Shown in pieces: positions 30,931 to 38,688 of a DNA stretch of 38,688 nt. The DNA is from a virus. Taxonomy: Duplodnaviria > Heunggongvirae > Uroviricota > Caudoviricetes. Location: the IMG/VR virus record IMGVR_UViG_2703718837_000002, one strand, 5' to 3'. A program made the translations under genes and the position numbers. Each line of letters opens with the position of its first letter. Within the stretch, counting starts at the first letter, position 1. The notes beneath the pieces were generated by a model, which made no database searches, was not told the origin of the DNA, and was given only the letters and a program-made list of their open reading frames with translations.

Positions 30931-31142
30931 GCACTACCATTGATTTCGGAGCTAAACGCTACGTATGGCTGTGCGATGGCATGACACAAAAAAAAGACGC
31001 TTTCGGCGTCTGTGTCGCCTTTGACATTATTCGGGGTCTCAATCCCGGCACCCGTTTTAATGAGGTGCCTGATAAGCATAAACCGAAAATGCCTCAAGGC
31101 GCAAGAGGTCAGGTTCAATGTAACATCGGCAGTTAAAAAACA

Positions 31143-31160
31143 CAATTTATTAGAGCAAAT
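31143..31160 (-). promoter_or_regulatory. C1 operator-like site at the 5' edge of module C
   Basis: Minus strand reads ATTTGCTCTAATAAATTG. Confidence 0.55.
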
Positions 31161-31162
31161 AT

Positions 31163-32647
31163 TCATTCATTAAGCCATGCCAGAGCTTCATCAACCTGCG
31201 CTTCGTCTTCGACGCTAAGCACTTCATCCTGGGGAACATAATCCGCCAGCATAGCGAAACAATATGTATCCCAATGGTCTGGTGAGTGCAGGTTGAGTTT
31301 TTTCTTCATATCCTCCTTACTCATCACCTTCCATTGACCTGCGGAGTTAATCCCTACAGGGATTTTCGACGCTTCCTCAATAGTTTCATTACCCTTATCC
31401 AGTCTCATACGACCAGATTTTACGGCCTCTGCGGCTTGAACGTTGGCATAAGCACGTTTATCAAAGTACAGGCTCTTATCTTCACGGCTATGCATCTTTT
31501 TACCCCAGCGTATGCGCTGTACGGTAATACCATAATACTCGTACATCAGATCCGCCGTTGCTTTACCCAGGCCATCGCCGTCTATCGCTATGGTGATATT
31601 TGGGAATCGCTCAGGATTACATTCTGCGAAAATTTTGGCGGCAAGCTGCGTTTCTGTAACGTCTGTGTATTCCAGCATTCGATAGTTGATTACACGGCGT
31701 TTATTTCGCTGGCCGGACACCATCATGATATTGATAACGGACTTATCCCGTCCCGTACCACCAGCAACGTCCACACATGCAAGCCAGCCCCATCCTTTTG
31801 CAATCTTGACTTTCCGCCGCGTTGCACGTTCAACCTCATCACGTCCAAGAAGGAAGCCATCCTGTGATTTAGGGAATAGGCCGCGTACCTTAATCATGTA
31901 CATAGGGTTATCACGCCCGCCGTACTCCGCCAGCTTCATTTTGATAAATGCTGGCGTTACCAACGGTGATTCCTCACTGTTAAGCGTGATCGCCGTATAA
32001 ACGCCATCAGGGTTACCAGGACGCTTGGCCAGTTTATGGTGTGTATCGTAGAAATAGCCGCTTGGGCGTGTAGGCTGTGACAGCAATAAGATGCGGTTAT
32101 CCTGTCCGGTAAGAGCACCGGTGATGATACCGAAAGCTCTATCACTGACACCGGAGGCTTCATCGATAATATACAGAAGATGATCTGCGTGTTCACCGGC
32201 GAGAGCTTCTTCACTTCCCAGACGAAAGCCCTTCGGTACTACAGTCCATACACCTTTACCAGTAACCTCATAGAAAGCGGTTTCTGTCAGAACAAAATAA
32301 TCAGCAAGCCATGGAAAACGGCTGGTGGCAGTAGCCCAGTTTATCTTGATGTACTTGAATATACCGGTCATTACCTGCTGAATTTTGTTCGCAACGATAA
32401 TGGCGCGGGCACCGGGATACATGATTATGAACAACATGATCATGATAGAAGTCATGTCTGATTTCCCGGTACCGTGACCAGACGAAACAGATGTCTTGCT
32501 ACCCTGTTCCTGCACAGACTCAATAATCAGATCCTGCTGCCAGGTAGGTGTTTTGCCGAACAAAACATCAGCGGCCGCAATCCAGTCATAACGATATAGC
32601 GCCACCAGCTCGCGCCAACGTGGGTCCGTTACGCAACTTCTGGCCAT
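31163..32647 (-). CDS. pacB: PacB, terminase large subunit (494 aa)
   Basis: 494-aa ORF overlapping the pacA stop; size and position as in P1. Confidence 0.75.
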   Translation of the reverse strand: MARSCVTDPRWRELVALYRYDWIAAADVLFGKTPTWQQDLIIESVQEQGSKTSVSSGHGTGKSDMTSIMIMLFIIMYPGARAIIVANKIQQVMTGIFKYIKINWATATSRFPWLADYFVLTETAFYEVTGKGVWTVVPKGFRLGSEEALAGEHADHLLYIIDEASGVSDRAFGIITGALTGQDNRILLLSQPTRPSGYFYDTHHKLAKRPGNPDGVYTAITLNSEESPLVTPAFIKMKLAEYGGRDNPMYMIKVRGLFPKSQDGFLLGRDEVERATRRKVKIAKGWGWLACVDVAGGTGRDKSVINIMMVSGQRNKRRVINYRMLEYTDVTETQLAAKIFAECNPERFPNITIAIDGDGLGKATADLMYEYYGITVQRIRWGKKMHSREDKSLYFDKRAYANVQAAEAVKSGRMRLDKGNETIEEASKIPVGINSAGQWKVMSKEDMKKKLNLHSPDHWDTYCFAMLADYVPQDEVLSVEDEAQVDEALAWLNE

Positions 32648-33840
32648 TAATCATCATCCCCGTACAGTTTGCGGGTAACTTCTTCGTCTTCCTCCTCGTC
32701 TTCGTCCAGATCCTGTTCAAGCCATGCTTCGTTTGATATGCCTTCCGCATCGACATCACCATAACCACCTGTATCGACGATATCGGCAATTTCTTCTCTA
32801 CGATGCTCAATCCACAATGCGGCATCAGCGCGGCGGCTGGCGGCCCGTTCTCGCGCGATTTTATCCAGATCTTCAAGTGATGGAGCGCCAGATGCTGTTT
32901 GGTTTTCCTCATCATCGGTATTGGTCTTAGGAGCACGCAGATCGGCTTTGATTTGCTCCAGCATCAGGGGCGGCACTTTCCCTCCATGCGCCTCGATGAA
33001 TTCAGCCGCTTCCAGAACTGACCAGTTATTTTCACGCTTTCGTTCGTATGCCAACTTAACAATGCCAGCTTGCCCCATAGATAAAGCGTGCTTTTCCGCC
33101 TCCCGGCTTTCTTTTCGATAGTTATTCCGGATGCTGTAAATGGTGTTGATCAGGCTGCTTATCTGCGCGGAACAGCTGTTTAGCATGCTCGCGATACGGT
33201 ATTCAGGCGGAGTACCTTCATCATCGTCTTTTTTCTGATCGCGCATTTCCTGCACCAGGCGAATACACGTATCCCTGGCGTTCTCCAGCATAAGGAGATG
33301 AGAAAGAGACTTTTCAAGAAGAGTTGTTTCCAGAACATCGGCCCCGGACCGACGCAACATAGCGCGCGCGGCCTTCCGCGCTTCAACGTTATCTATCAGG
33401 TAATCGCCAGCTTCGAATTCAAAGCGTTCACCATCATCATCCAGGGTGTCGCGTTCCAGGCGATCACGTAAGGTCCGGTGGGCGCGGGTGATCACGTCAT
33501 GATCATCAGAACGATCATTTATGCGCTTATTTTGGCGCTTCGCATTCTCGACTGCGGCACTGACAACGGCATTAACTCTCTGTTTTTCCGCTATTTCAGC
33601 CGCAATATGATCACCTGCATGTTGATCATTAGAGTGATCAATGATCATGCTTTTTAGTGGCTTCCTGACTGGCTTATTTGGCTTGCGGCTGTCCGCAGTC
33701 CTGGTGTCTTCTTTGAAGGCACGGAGATAACGACGTGCGGTATTAGGGTTAAGATTAAACTCGGCGGCATACTGTGCGATGGTGTAACCACCATCTCGCG
33801 CCAGGCGAGCAAAATTCTTCTTGTGATCGTCCCAGGTCAC
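32647..33840 (-). CDS. pacA: PacA, terminase small subunit / pac-recognition protein (397 aa)
   Basis: 397-aa ORF containing the pac hexamer clusters near its 5' end. Confidence 0.8.
   Translation of the reverse strand: MTWDDHKKNFARLARDGGYTIAQYAAEFNLNPNTARRYLRAFKEDTRTADSRKPNKPVRKPLKSMIIDHSNDQHAGDHIAAEIAEKQRVNAVVSAAVENAKRQNKRINDRSDDHDVITRAHRTLRDRLERDTLDDDGERFEFEAGDYLIDNVEARKAARAMLRRSGADVLETTLLEKSLSHLLMLENARDTCIRLVQEMRDQKKDDDEGTPPEYRIASMLNSCSAQISSLINTIYSIRNNYRKESREAEKHALSMGQAGIVKLAYERKRENNWSVLEAAEFIEAHGGKVPPLMLEQIKADLRAPKTNTDDEENQTASGAPSLEDLDKIARERAASRRADAALWIEHRREEIADIVDTGGYGDVDAEGISNEAWLEQDLDEDEEEDEEVTRKLYGDDD
33490..33646. other. pac: pac packaging site: two clusters of GATC-containing hexamers inside pacA
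   Basis: TGATCA/TGATCG-type elements at 33490, 33501, 33513 (three) and 33609, 33624, 33636, 33643 (four), i.e. the 3 + 4 arrangement of P1 pac. Confidence 0.75.
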
Positions 33841-33926
33841 TTATGCTTCCTTTCGTATAAAACTCTTTTTGACGCGAGGGTAACGAAAGTCACATGTCAA
33901 AAGGCCCGGAACGGGCAAGCAATCAA

Positions 33927-34379
33927 TCAGATACGTGCGGATGTGGCATTACCGTAATGACGGTGCTGACGGGCCACCTTATTGAAAAGTTGACGCGCCA
34001 TTACCCAAGGCTGATGCTCCCGGCGTTCCTTTTCGTCCTGCGTCATATAGAGTTCGTTCTGGAGTTTTTCATCAAACCGGCGCGGCGCGCGGCTGCGGCG
34101 AAAGAATTCAGGATTCAGAGAGTGGATCTGAAATCTACGTGGGCGTGTACTGTCATCAATCAAAACAGACGAATACTTAGACACAGCGATAGCCTTTAAG
34201 CGCAGATAAACGTCGCGCTTATCGACATCCAGATGCGGGTATTCCTTTTCAAGGATTGCTGCGAGTTCTTTCGCTGATAGAAGAGACTTAGTGCGGATCA
34301 TGTAATCCGCAATCTCATACGATGTTATTCGTGAGTGATTTATTTCCATGAAGTGGCGTCCCTGCCAGTTAAGTAACAT
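33927..34379 (-). CDS. lpa: Lpa-like late promoter activator (about 140-150 aa)
   Basis: Position between pdcB and pacA with a C1 operator-like site upstream; true start may be the internal MEINHS. Confidence 0.55.
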   Translation of the reverse strand: MLLNWQGRHFMEINHSRITSYEIADYMIRTKSLLSAKELAAILEKEYPHLDVDKRDVYLRLKAIAVSKYSSVLIDDSTRPRRFQIHSLNPEFFRRSRAPRRFDEKLQNELYMTQDEKERREHQPWVMARQLFNKVARQHRHYGNATSARI

Positions 34380-34449
34380 CCTGTCACCTACTGATTAGCC
34401 CATGTCAACTAATCAACGTGGAATATAATACCATCGATTAAAGAAATAG

Positions 34450-34466
34450 CAATACATTAGAGCAAT
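34450..34466 (-). promoter_or_regulatory. C1 operator-like site upstream of lpa
   Basis: CAATACATTAGAGCAAT, 3 mismatches; P1 lpa is C1-controlled. Confidence 0.4.
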
Positions 34467-34467
34467 T

Positions 34468-35511
34468 TTATCTAACGCTCGACGAGCGACTTGTGATAGC
34501 GCCGACTCCAAGCGCGTAATCAAAGAACAATCGTTGATGCATCGCCAGCCTACCGTGCGTCTTCTCCCAATTATCGCGGTCACGCTCAATATCACGCTGG
34601 CATGACTGGCACAGAGGAATTGCGTAAATGTCATGCGCGCATAATCGACTATGACGAACGATATAAGGCGTAATGTGAGCGCCAGCTCCCGCAGCTCCAC
34701 ACCCACAGCATGGACGGGAAGCAACAAAGTCCATGTACTCAGGCAATTTTAGCGATTGCAGTTTTGGTATTTTGAAATGCGCCATGCCAGGGTCGGAGTC
34801 AACATCCACAGGGCATACTTTTGCACGCATCGGCGCGGCGCGTTCTTCCATCATCTGAACATATGCTGTAGCGCGATCGTCATACGGGCGAATATCCGCC
34901 TCTTTCAGAGGTCCGCTATCCTGCGTTGCGGCTTTCATCTTATTTATTGATATACGGCAAACTTCTTCCGGCATCAGGTGCATCATGTTGCGCATGAAAG
35001 CCCACCAGCACAGTTCCTGAATACTTAAATCATGGCCATCTGAAAGCCCCATTTCCTGACGGGCGACATCCAGTATCCAGTTAACGCGATTATTATGCAG
35101 CGTTTCTTTCAGCTCATTAAAACCACGCATCCGGTAATGGTTATCGTGATGCCAGCACAACAACACCGCGCTATTGTCTCGTTCAGCGTGGACAATATGG
35201 TTGTCACACCAACTACGATCTGCGGCCTGGCATTGCCCCTCTTTCCTGCGCAACCACGCCACCAGCGAGTCAATTCCACCAATACGGCGAAACAGTTCAT
35301 CGCTGTTAAAAAACGGCTGCAACGCCTCATTTGTTGCCATGGTTTGCTCGGTAACAACGAGGCCGTCTTCCATGTGCTCGATTAACTCACGCGGCACCGG
35401 CTCCATAATAAATTTACGGCCAGCCTCCACCAGCTTTCTGACCTCCTGATCCACTTTGAACGTGGCGAGGCCAAGCTCTTTCTGTACAAAGGGAGTAATT
35501 ACGGCTTTCAC
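34468..35511 (-). CDS. pdcB: PdcB-like protein (347 aa), Cys/His-rich
   Basis: Several Cys/His clusters ([18 protein letters not shown]); by position downstream of doc. Confidence 0.5.
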   Translation of the reverse strand: MKAVITPFVQKELGLATFKVDQEVRKLVEAGRKFIMEPVPRELIEHMEDGLVVTEQTMATNEALQPFFNSDELFRRIGGIDSLVAWLRRKEGQCQAADRSWCDNHIVHAERDNSAVLLCWHHDNHYRMRGFNELKETLHNNRVNWILDVARQEMGLSDGHDLSIQELCWWAFMRNMMHLMPEEVCRISINKMKAATQDSGPLKEADIRPYDDRATAYVQMMEERAAPMRAKVCPVDVDSDPGMAHFKIPKLQSLKLPEYMDFVASRPCCGCGAAGAGAHITPYIVRHSRLCAHDIYAIPLCQSCQRDIERDRDNWEKTHGRLAMHQRLFFDYALGVGAITSRSSSVR

Positions 35512-35538
35512 ATCACACCTTTCATCACTGATTGGGCT

Positions 35539-35739
35539 TTATCTGCTGCCCGGCATTCTCTGTTTAAGCACAACCATTTCCTGACGGCATAACACAGCAA
35601 TAGCGGTCCTGGCACCAATTTGCTTACCAACCAGGTATTGCTTTACCTCGCGGCGACTCACGCCATCAAGAAGCATCTTTAACGCTTCACGGGACAATTT
35701 GTTGTATTTGCGTGCCATTAATCTACTCCGCAGAACCAT
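35539..35739 (-). CDS. pdcA: PdcA-like small protein (66 aa)
   Basis: Small ORF overlapping the doc 3' end; by position. Confidence 0.4.
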   Translation of the reverse strand: MVLRSRLMARKYNKLSREALKMLLDGVSRREVKQYLVGKQIGARTAIAVLCRQEMVVLKQRMPGSR

Positions 35740-36103
35740 ACAATCTACGTAACGTGTCGGCGACAGAAGATACAGATATCTCGCCAGTCGCAGCGCCTAC
35801 AGTAAGGTCTGCCAGTTCAGGTGAATCAAATACCTGCACCCCGTTACGGCGTAGAAATAACAGCGCACTGTTTAGCGCGGTACGCTTATTGGCATCATTG
35901 AATATATGCCCTCTCGCTGTAGCCACCAGGTAGGTGGCAGAGACTTCGAAAAGGTCGGTGATCTCTTCGTAGGCAACTCTGGCCTGAACTCTCCCGATAA
36001 TGGCCTCTGCCCTACCCTGATCTGACATTCCCGGCAGGCCGCCGTAGCGGTTTATATTCGCATCATGAAGCGCAATAAGTTCTTCCGGTGATATATGCCT
36101 CAT
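35723..36103 (-). CDS. doc: Doc toxin (Fic-fold kinase) of the Phd-Doc addiction module (126 aa)
   Basis: [25 protein letters not shown]...[14 protein letters not shown]; overlaps the phd stop. Confidence 0.93.
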   Translation of the reverse strand: MRHISPEELIALHDANINRYGGLPGMSDQGRAEAIIGRVQARVAYEEITDLFEVSATYLVATARGHIFNDANKRTALNSALLFLRRNGVQVFDSPELADLTVGAATGEISVSSVADTLRRLYGSAE

Positions 36104-36324
36104 TATCGGTTAACCAGTTCCTTGTTGGTGGAGTCCAGGGTGTCAAACAGGGATGCAAATTCAGCATCCAGCGCCGCTTTTTTGTAGGCTTCAAAAGTAG
36201 CCTTGCTGACAATTACTGCTGGCTCACGGCCTCTGCGGGTGATTTCAACCTCTTCCCCAGCTTCAACATTGTTGAGCACTTCAGAAAGGTTGCCACGCGC
36301 GGTACGGAAGTTAATGGATTGCAT
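36103..36324 (-). CDS. phd: Phd antitoxin (73 aa)
   Basis: [49 protein letters not shown]..., matching P1 Phd; the track's 2-codon upstream extension is rejected. Confidence 0.92.
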   Translation of the reverse strand: MQSINFRTARGNLSEVLNNVEAGEEVEITRRGREPAVIVSKATFEAYKKAALDAEFASLFDTLDSTNKELVNR

Positions 36325-36396
36325 AAACATCTCGTGTACTCGTTATGTGTACACAATTATAAACTTCACAGGCATAAAGCACCAGCACTTTGTAGC

Positions 36397-36696
36397 TTAA
36401 ATCACCGGACAATCATCAAATTCCCCACTTCGGGCATCATTGATGACATGAGTGATCACACCCAAAACAGCATTACTACCCGTGTAACCATCGTCATCTA
36501 CTGGTAACGCCTCTTTCTTCCCGGTGCTTAAATCCTCCAGGTGCTGGCGCGGATACTTTCGGTATCTCTTTATGCGATATTCACCCTCCATAGCGCAGAC
36601 AAGCAGCGAACCATCAACCGGAGTAAGCGAGGAATCAACCACCAGCAAAGCACCCTGCAATATTCCCTCACGGTGATGGCTGTCTGCCACCCGCAT
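36397..36696 (-). CDS. humD: HumD, UmuD'-like protein (99 aa)
   Basis: UmuD-like C-terminal fold sequence; LexA box upstream. Confidence 0.7.
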   Translation of the reverse strand: MRVADSHHREGILQGALLVVDSSLTPVDGSLLVCAMEGEYRIKRYRKYPRQHLEDLSTGKKEALPVDDDGYTGSNAVLGVITHVINDARSGEFDDCPVI

Positions 36697-36804
36697 GAAG
36701 TAGGTCGCTGATGGATGCCTGATTAGTTGCTGATCAAGAGAAATTCTGCTTTCAACATAATCCGCCGCAGGAGAAGGGAAGCCATAGCGTTTTCACCTCA
36801 ACAA

Positions 36805-36824
36805 TACTGTTCATTTATACAGTA
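36805..36824. promoter_or_regulatory. LexA (SOS) box
   Basis: TACTGTTCATTTATACAGTA, perfect CTGT-N8-ACAG; lies between divergent humD and the 190-aa gene. Confidence 0.75.
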
Positions 36825-36959
36825 TACATTAAAGAGACACCTTTGGTGCAAACGCGTTATGTACATCAACCACCGCAGATGATTTTGTGCGCTTTGCTAC
36901 TATTCATCACCAACGGATCAGCGTAACCTCGTTGCCAATCAGTTAATAAGGAATTAGCT

Positions 36960-37532
36960 ATGCCTAATCGCATTCCTCTCGATCCTGTATTGCCCAAAAA
37001 TTTTGACTGCACTCCTAACGAGAAACGCTCTAAAGCTCAGCTGGACGCCTGGTGGGACCATCCCTATGGGGTTACAGAACATGACGGGAAAATTGTTGTT
37101 TATTGTCTGAATGGTGGCGCGTGGGACCGTCCATCCGTGCTTGGTTTGGCAAATAACTATGATGAAGCCTGTGAACTTGCCGAAAGACAGCAGGCTAGAT
37201 GGGTGAAAACACGTTCTGAACCGACATTCATGTTTTCAAAAGAACCGCCATTTATACTGGCGAGGATGCCGCAGCGACCGGATCATCAACAAGAAATTGT
37301 TGCTGAATTTTCCTCAAGGGATGAGATGAATATCTTCTCATTAAAGCAGGAAGAAAGGGATCGCGTCGAAGTGTCTCCAACTCTCGACCACAACCGGATG
37401 AACCTGGCCCAACTCGCCTGGTACAGCAAAGAATTAGAGATGTCTATTGCCCGGCTTGAGAACGAAAAAGCCGCTATCCAGGCCCAGCATGACGTAGTTC
37501 TGAACCGGATTAGAGAAATGCAAAACCGATAA
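36960..37532 (+). CDS. Hypothetical protein (190 aa) with a C-terminal coiled-coil
   Basis: AAGGAA RBS; no assignable domain; about 135 nt downstream of the LexA box. Confidence 0.5.
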   Translation: MPNRIPLDPVLPKNFDCTPNEKRSKAQLDAWWDHPYGVTEHDGKIVVYCLNGGAWDRPSVLGLANNYDEACELAERQQARWVKTRSEPTFMFSKEPPFILARMPQRPDHQQEIVAEFSSRDEMNIFSLKQEERDRVEVSPTLDHNRMNLAQLAWYSKELEMSIARLENEKAAIQAQHDVVLNRIREMQNR

Positions 37533-37580
37533 TAGGAAATAGGTGATAGGATGTTTTTATAAAAAACTATAAATATAAAG

Positions 37581-37610
37581 TACCTAGTGATCATATAAAA
37601 CCACTAGGTA
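37581..37610. promoter_or_regulatory. 9-bp inverted repeat TACCTAGTG-N12-CACTAGGTA between convergent genes
   Basis: Perfect arms in an AT-rich spacer; no flanking T-run on either strand. Confidence 0.3.
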
Positions 37611-37639
37611 CAAGTTATTAACAACCAGTATTCAGTACA

Positions 37640-38688
37640 TTATCTCCATGCAGCACAGAATACAGGGAAAAGAAATTGAGCATGAACGGCACTAGTATCA
37701 GTTGATGGTCCCTGATACTTATCTGGTTTCACACTCGTTCCATTAGGCCAATTGAAGTTTCTATATGCCTCTATAGCATAATTGTAGACGATATTTCTGC
37801 CGTTATAAGCTGTCCCAAGCAAACCATCAACTAACTGTCCTCCATATTTACCAGCATTCGTACCCACTCCATGTTTATCCTTTTTACATTGCACCCTTGA
37901 GAGGCCCACTGCAAAATTTGCAGTACCCCCTGTTGTATTATCATCACTATGCCACCAAATATCTGAACAGCCACCTCCTGATGCAGAGTTCCATACTCGA
38001 TTAACAACCCAGTTAGTACTTGAAGTCTTCTCAGTTAACCAGCCAGTTGAATCAATAGAAAAAATACGTCCACTCCCCCCATCATAACGTGATGACGACG
38101 GGTTTGGACCAGCAGAGTCTGCATGCGCATATATCCAACCAGGGCCTACCCAAGCCGCAGATGTGATTGTTGCTGCGTTTGAAGAAAAAGCATTAGCCCA
38201 TACAGCAGTTCCGAGACTTCTCGCATTACCTTTAGTTCCACTTATCAGGACAATTCCTGTTCCGGAAACACTTCCCATATTGTTTCCTGCTGTCAGGATC
38301 CGCGAATTATAAGATGCGGCGGTAACAGGCGACATCAATCCATCTGCAAGATTCGTTAAACTGACGCCTCGTGCCGCAGCCTGCTTCAGCGCAGAGGTTG
38401 CCCACTGAACGTCCTGCATATTGCCAGCATTACAGCTCATTCCGCTAACCATTGGCGCTGTAAACGTTGTCTCTCCTTTGACATTATTGATGCTGTTTTC
38501 CTTAAATGACGTCAAGCCCCGAGGAGTAGTTACGGTCAGCGTTTTTCCTGTGCTCTGGTTGGTGAATGTAAATGTTTTTGGCCACTCTTTATTGATGCGA
38601 GGCGTAGCAGCCCAGGTTGTGGTGGTACTCCATGTTTTTAAATCGCCACTTACACCATTATCCTTATAGTTCGAAATATTAGAATTAT
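37640..38688 (-). CDS. Tail-fibre-like protein, C-terminal part (5' end lies beyond the window)
   Basis: Reading frame is open to the window edge upstream of the track's TTG start; G/S/T/N/W-rich composition typical of receptor-binding tips; AT-rich. Confidence 0.4.
   Translation of the reverse strand, partial: NSNISNYKDNGVSGDLKTWSTTTTWAATPRINKEWPKTFTFTNQSTGKTLTVTTPRGLTSFKENSINNVKGETTFTAPMVSGMSCNAGNMQDVQWATSALKQAAARGVSLTNLADGLMSPVTAASYNSRILTAGNNMGSVSGTGIVLISGTKGNARSLGTAVWANAFSSNAATITSAAWVGPGWIYAHADSAGPNPSSSRYDGGSGRIFSIDSTGWLTEKTSSTNWVVNRVWNSASGGGCSDIWWHSDDNTTGGTANFAVGLSRVQCKKDKHGVGTNAGKYGGQLVDGLLGTAYNGRNIVYNYAIEAYRNFNWPNGTSVKPDKYQGPSTDTSAVHAQFLFPVFCAAWR

Larger units (their letters stand above)
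29472..31160 (-). repeat. Module C: operator / c4-like RNA / icd-like / ant-like unit, inverted relative to A and B, with a unique 5' region
   Basis: Ant and most of the icd-like ORF match A and B; the upstream 360 bp is unrelated in sequence but has the same arrangement. Confidence 0.8.

Overview
This 38.7-kb window is a segment of a P1-like temperate phage-plasmid (Enterobacterales P1 family), lying in the opposite orientation to the conventional P1 map. Everything here is read from the sequence and from memory of P1 biology; no database search was run. Backbone recognised: Cre recombinase with a canonical 34-bp loxP about 415 bp upstream; Coi and C1 repressor (immC); multiple copies of the asymmetric C1 operator (consensus ATTGCTCTAATAAATTT); the Phd-Doc addiction pair; HumD with a LexA box; SAR endolysin Lyz; SSB; PacB/PacA with the two clusters of GATC-containing hexamers that make up pac; Lpa; the lydA-lydB-hdf-darA-ddrA-ddrB operon; pro/prt; and darB-ulx-lxc. 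Against that backbone there is accessory material not expected from P1. (1) Three paralogous modules, each a C1 operator, a c4-like antisense RNA region, a small Icd-like ORF and a roughly 370-aa Ant-like protein (A and B direct, C inverted). Their antisense cores and target sites differ by matched compensatory substitutions, implying three separate antisense specificities in one element; this is the main candidate for an undescribed system. (2) An ssb-linked operon with an unknown 260-aa protein and a 225-aa protein whose C-terminus looks like a DUF2829/Tad2-type domain. (3) A low-GC cargo pair (small envelope protein with its own RBS and terminator, plus a 222-aa unknown) where P1 carries ref/mat/res/mod. 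(4) An unknown 190-aa gene and a 5'-truncated tail-fibre-like gene beside humD, where P1 has ban. No rRNA, canonical tRNA, CRISPR array, IS element or integrase other than Cre was found.
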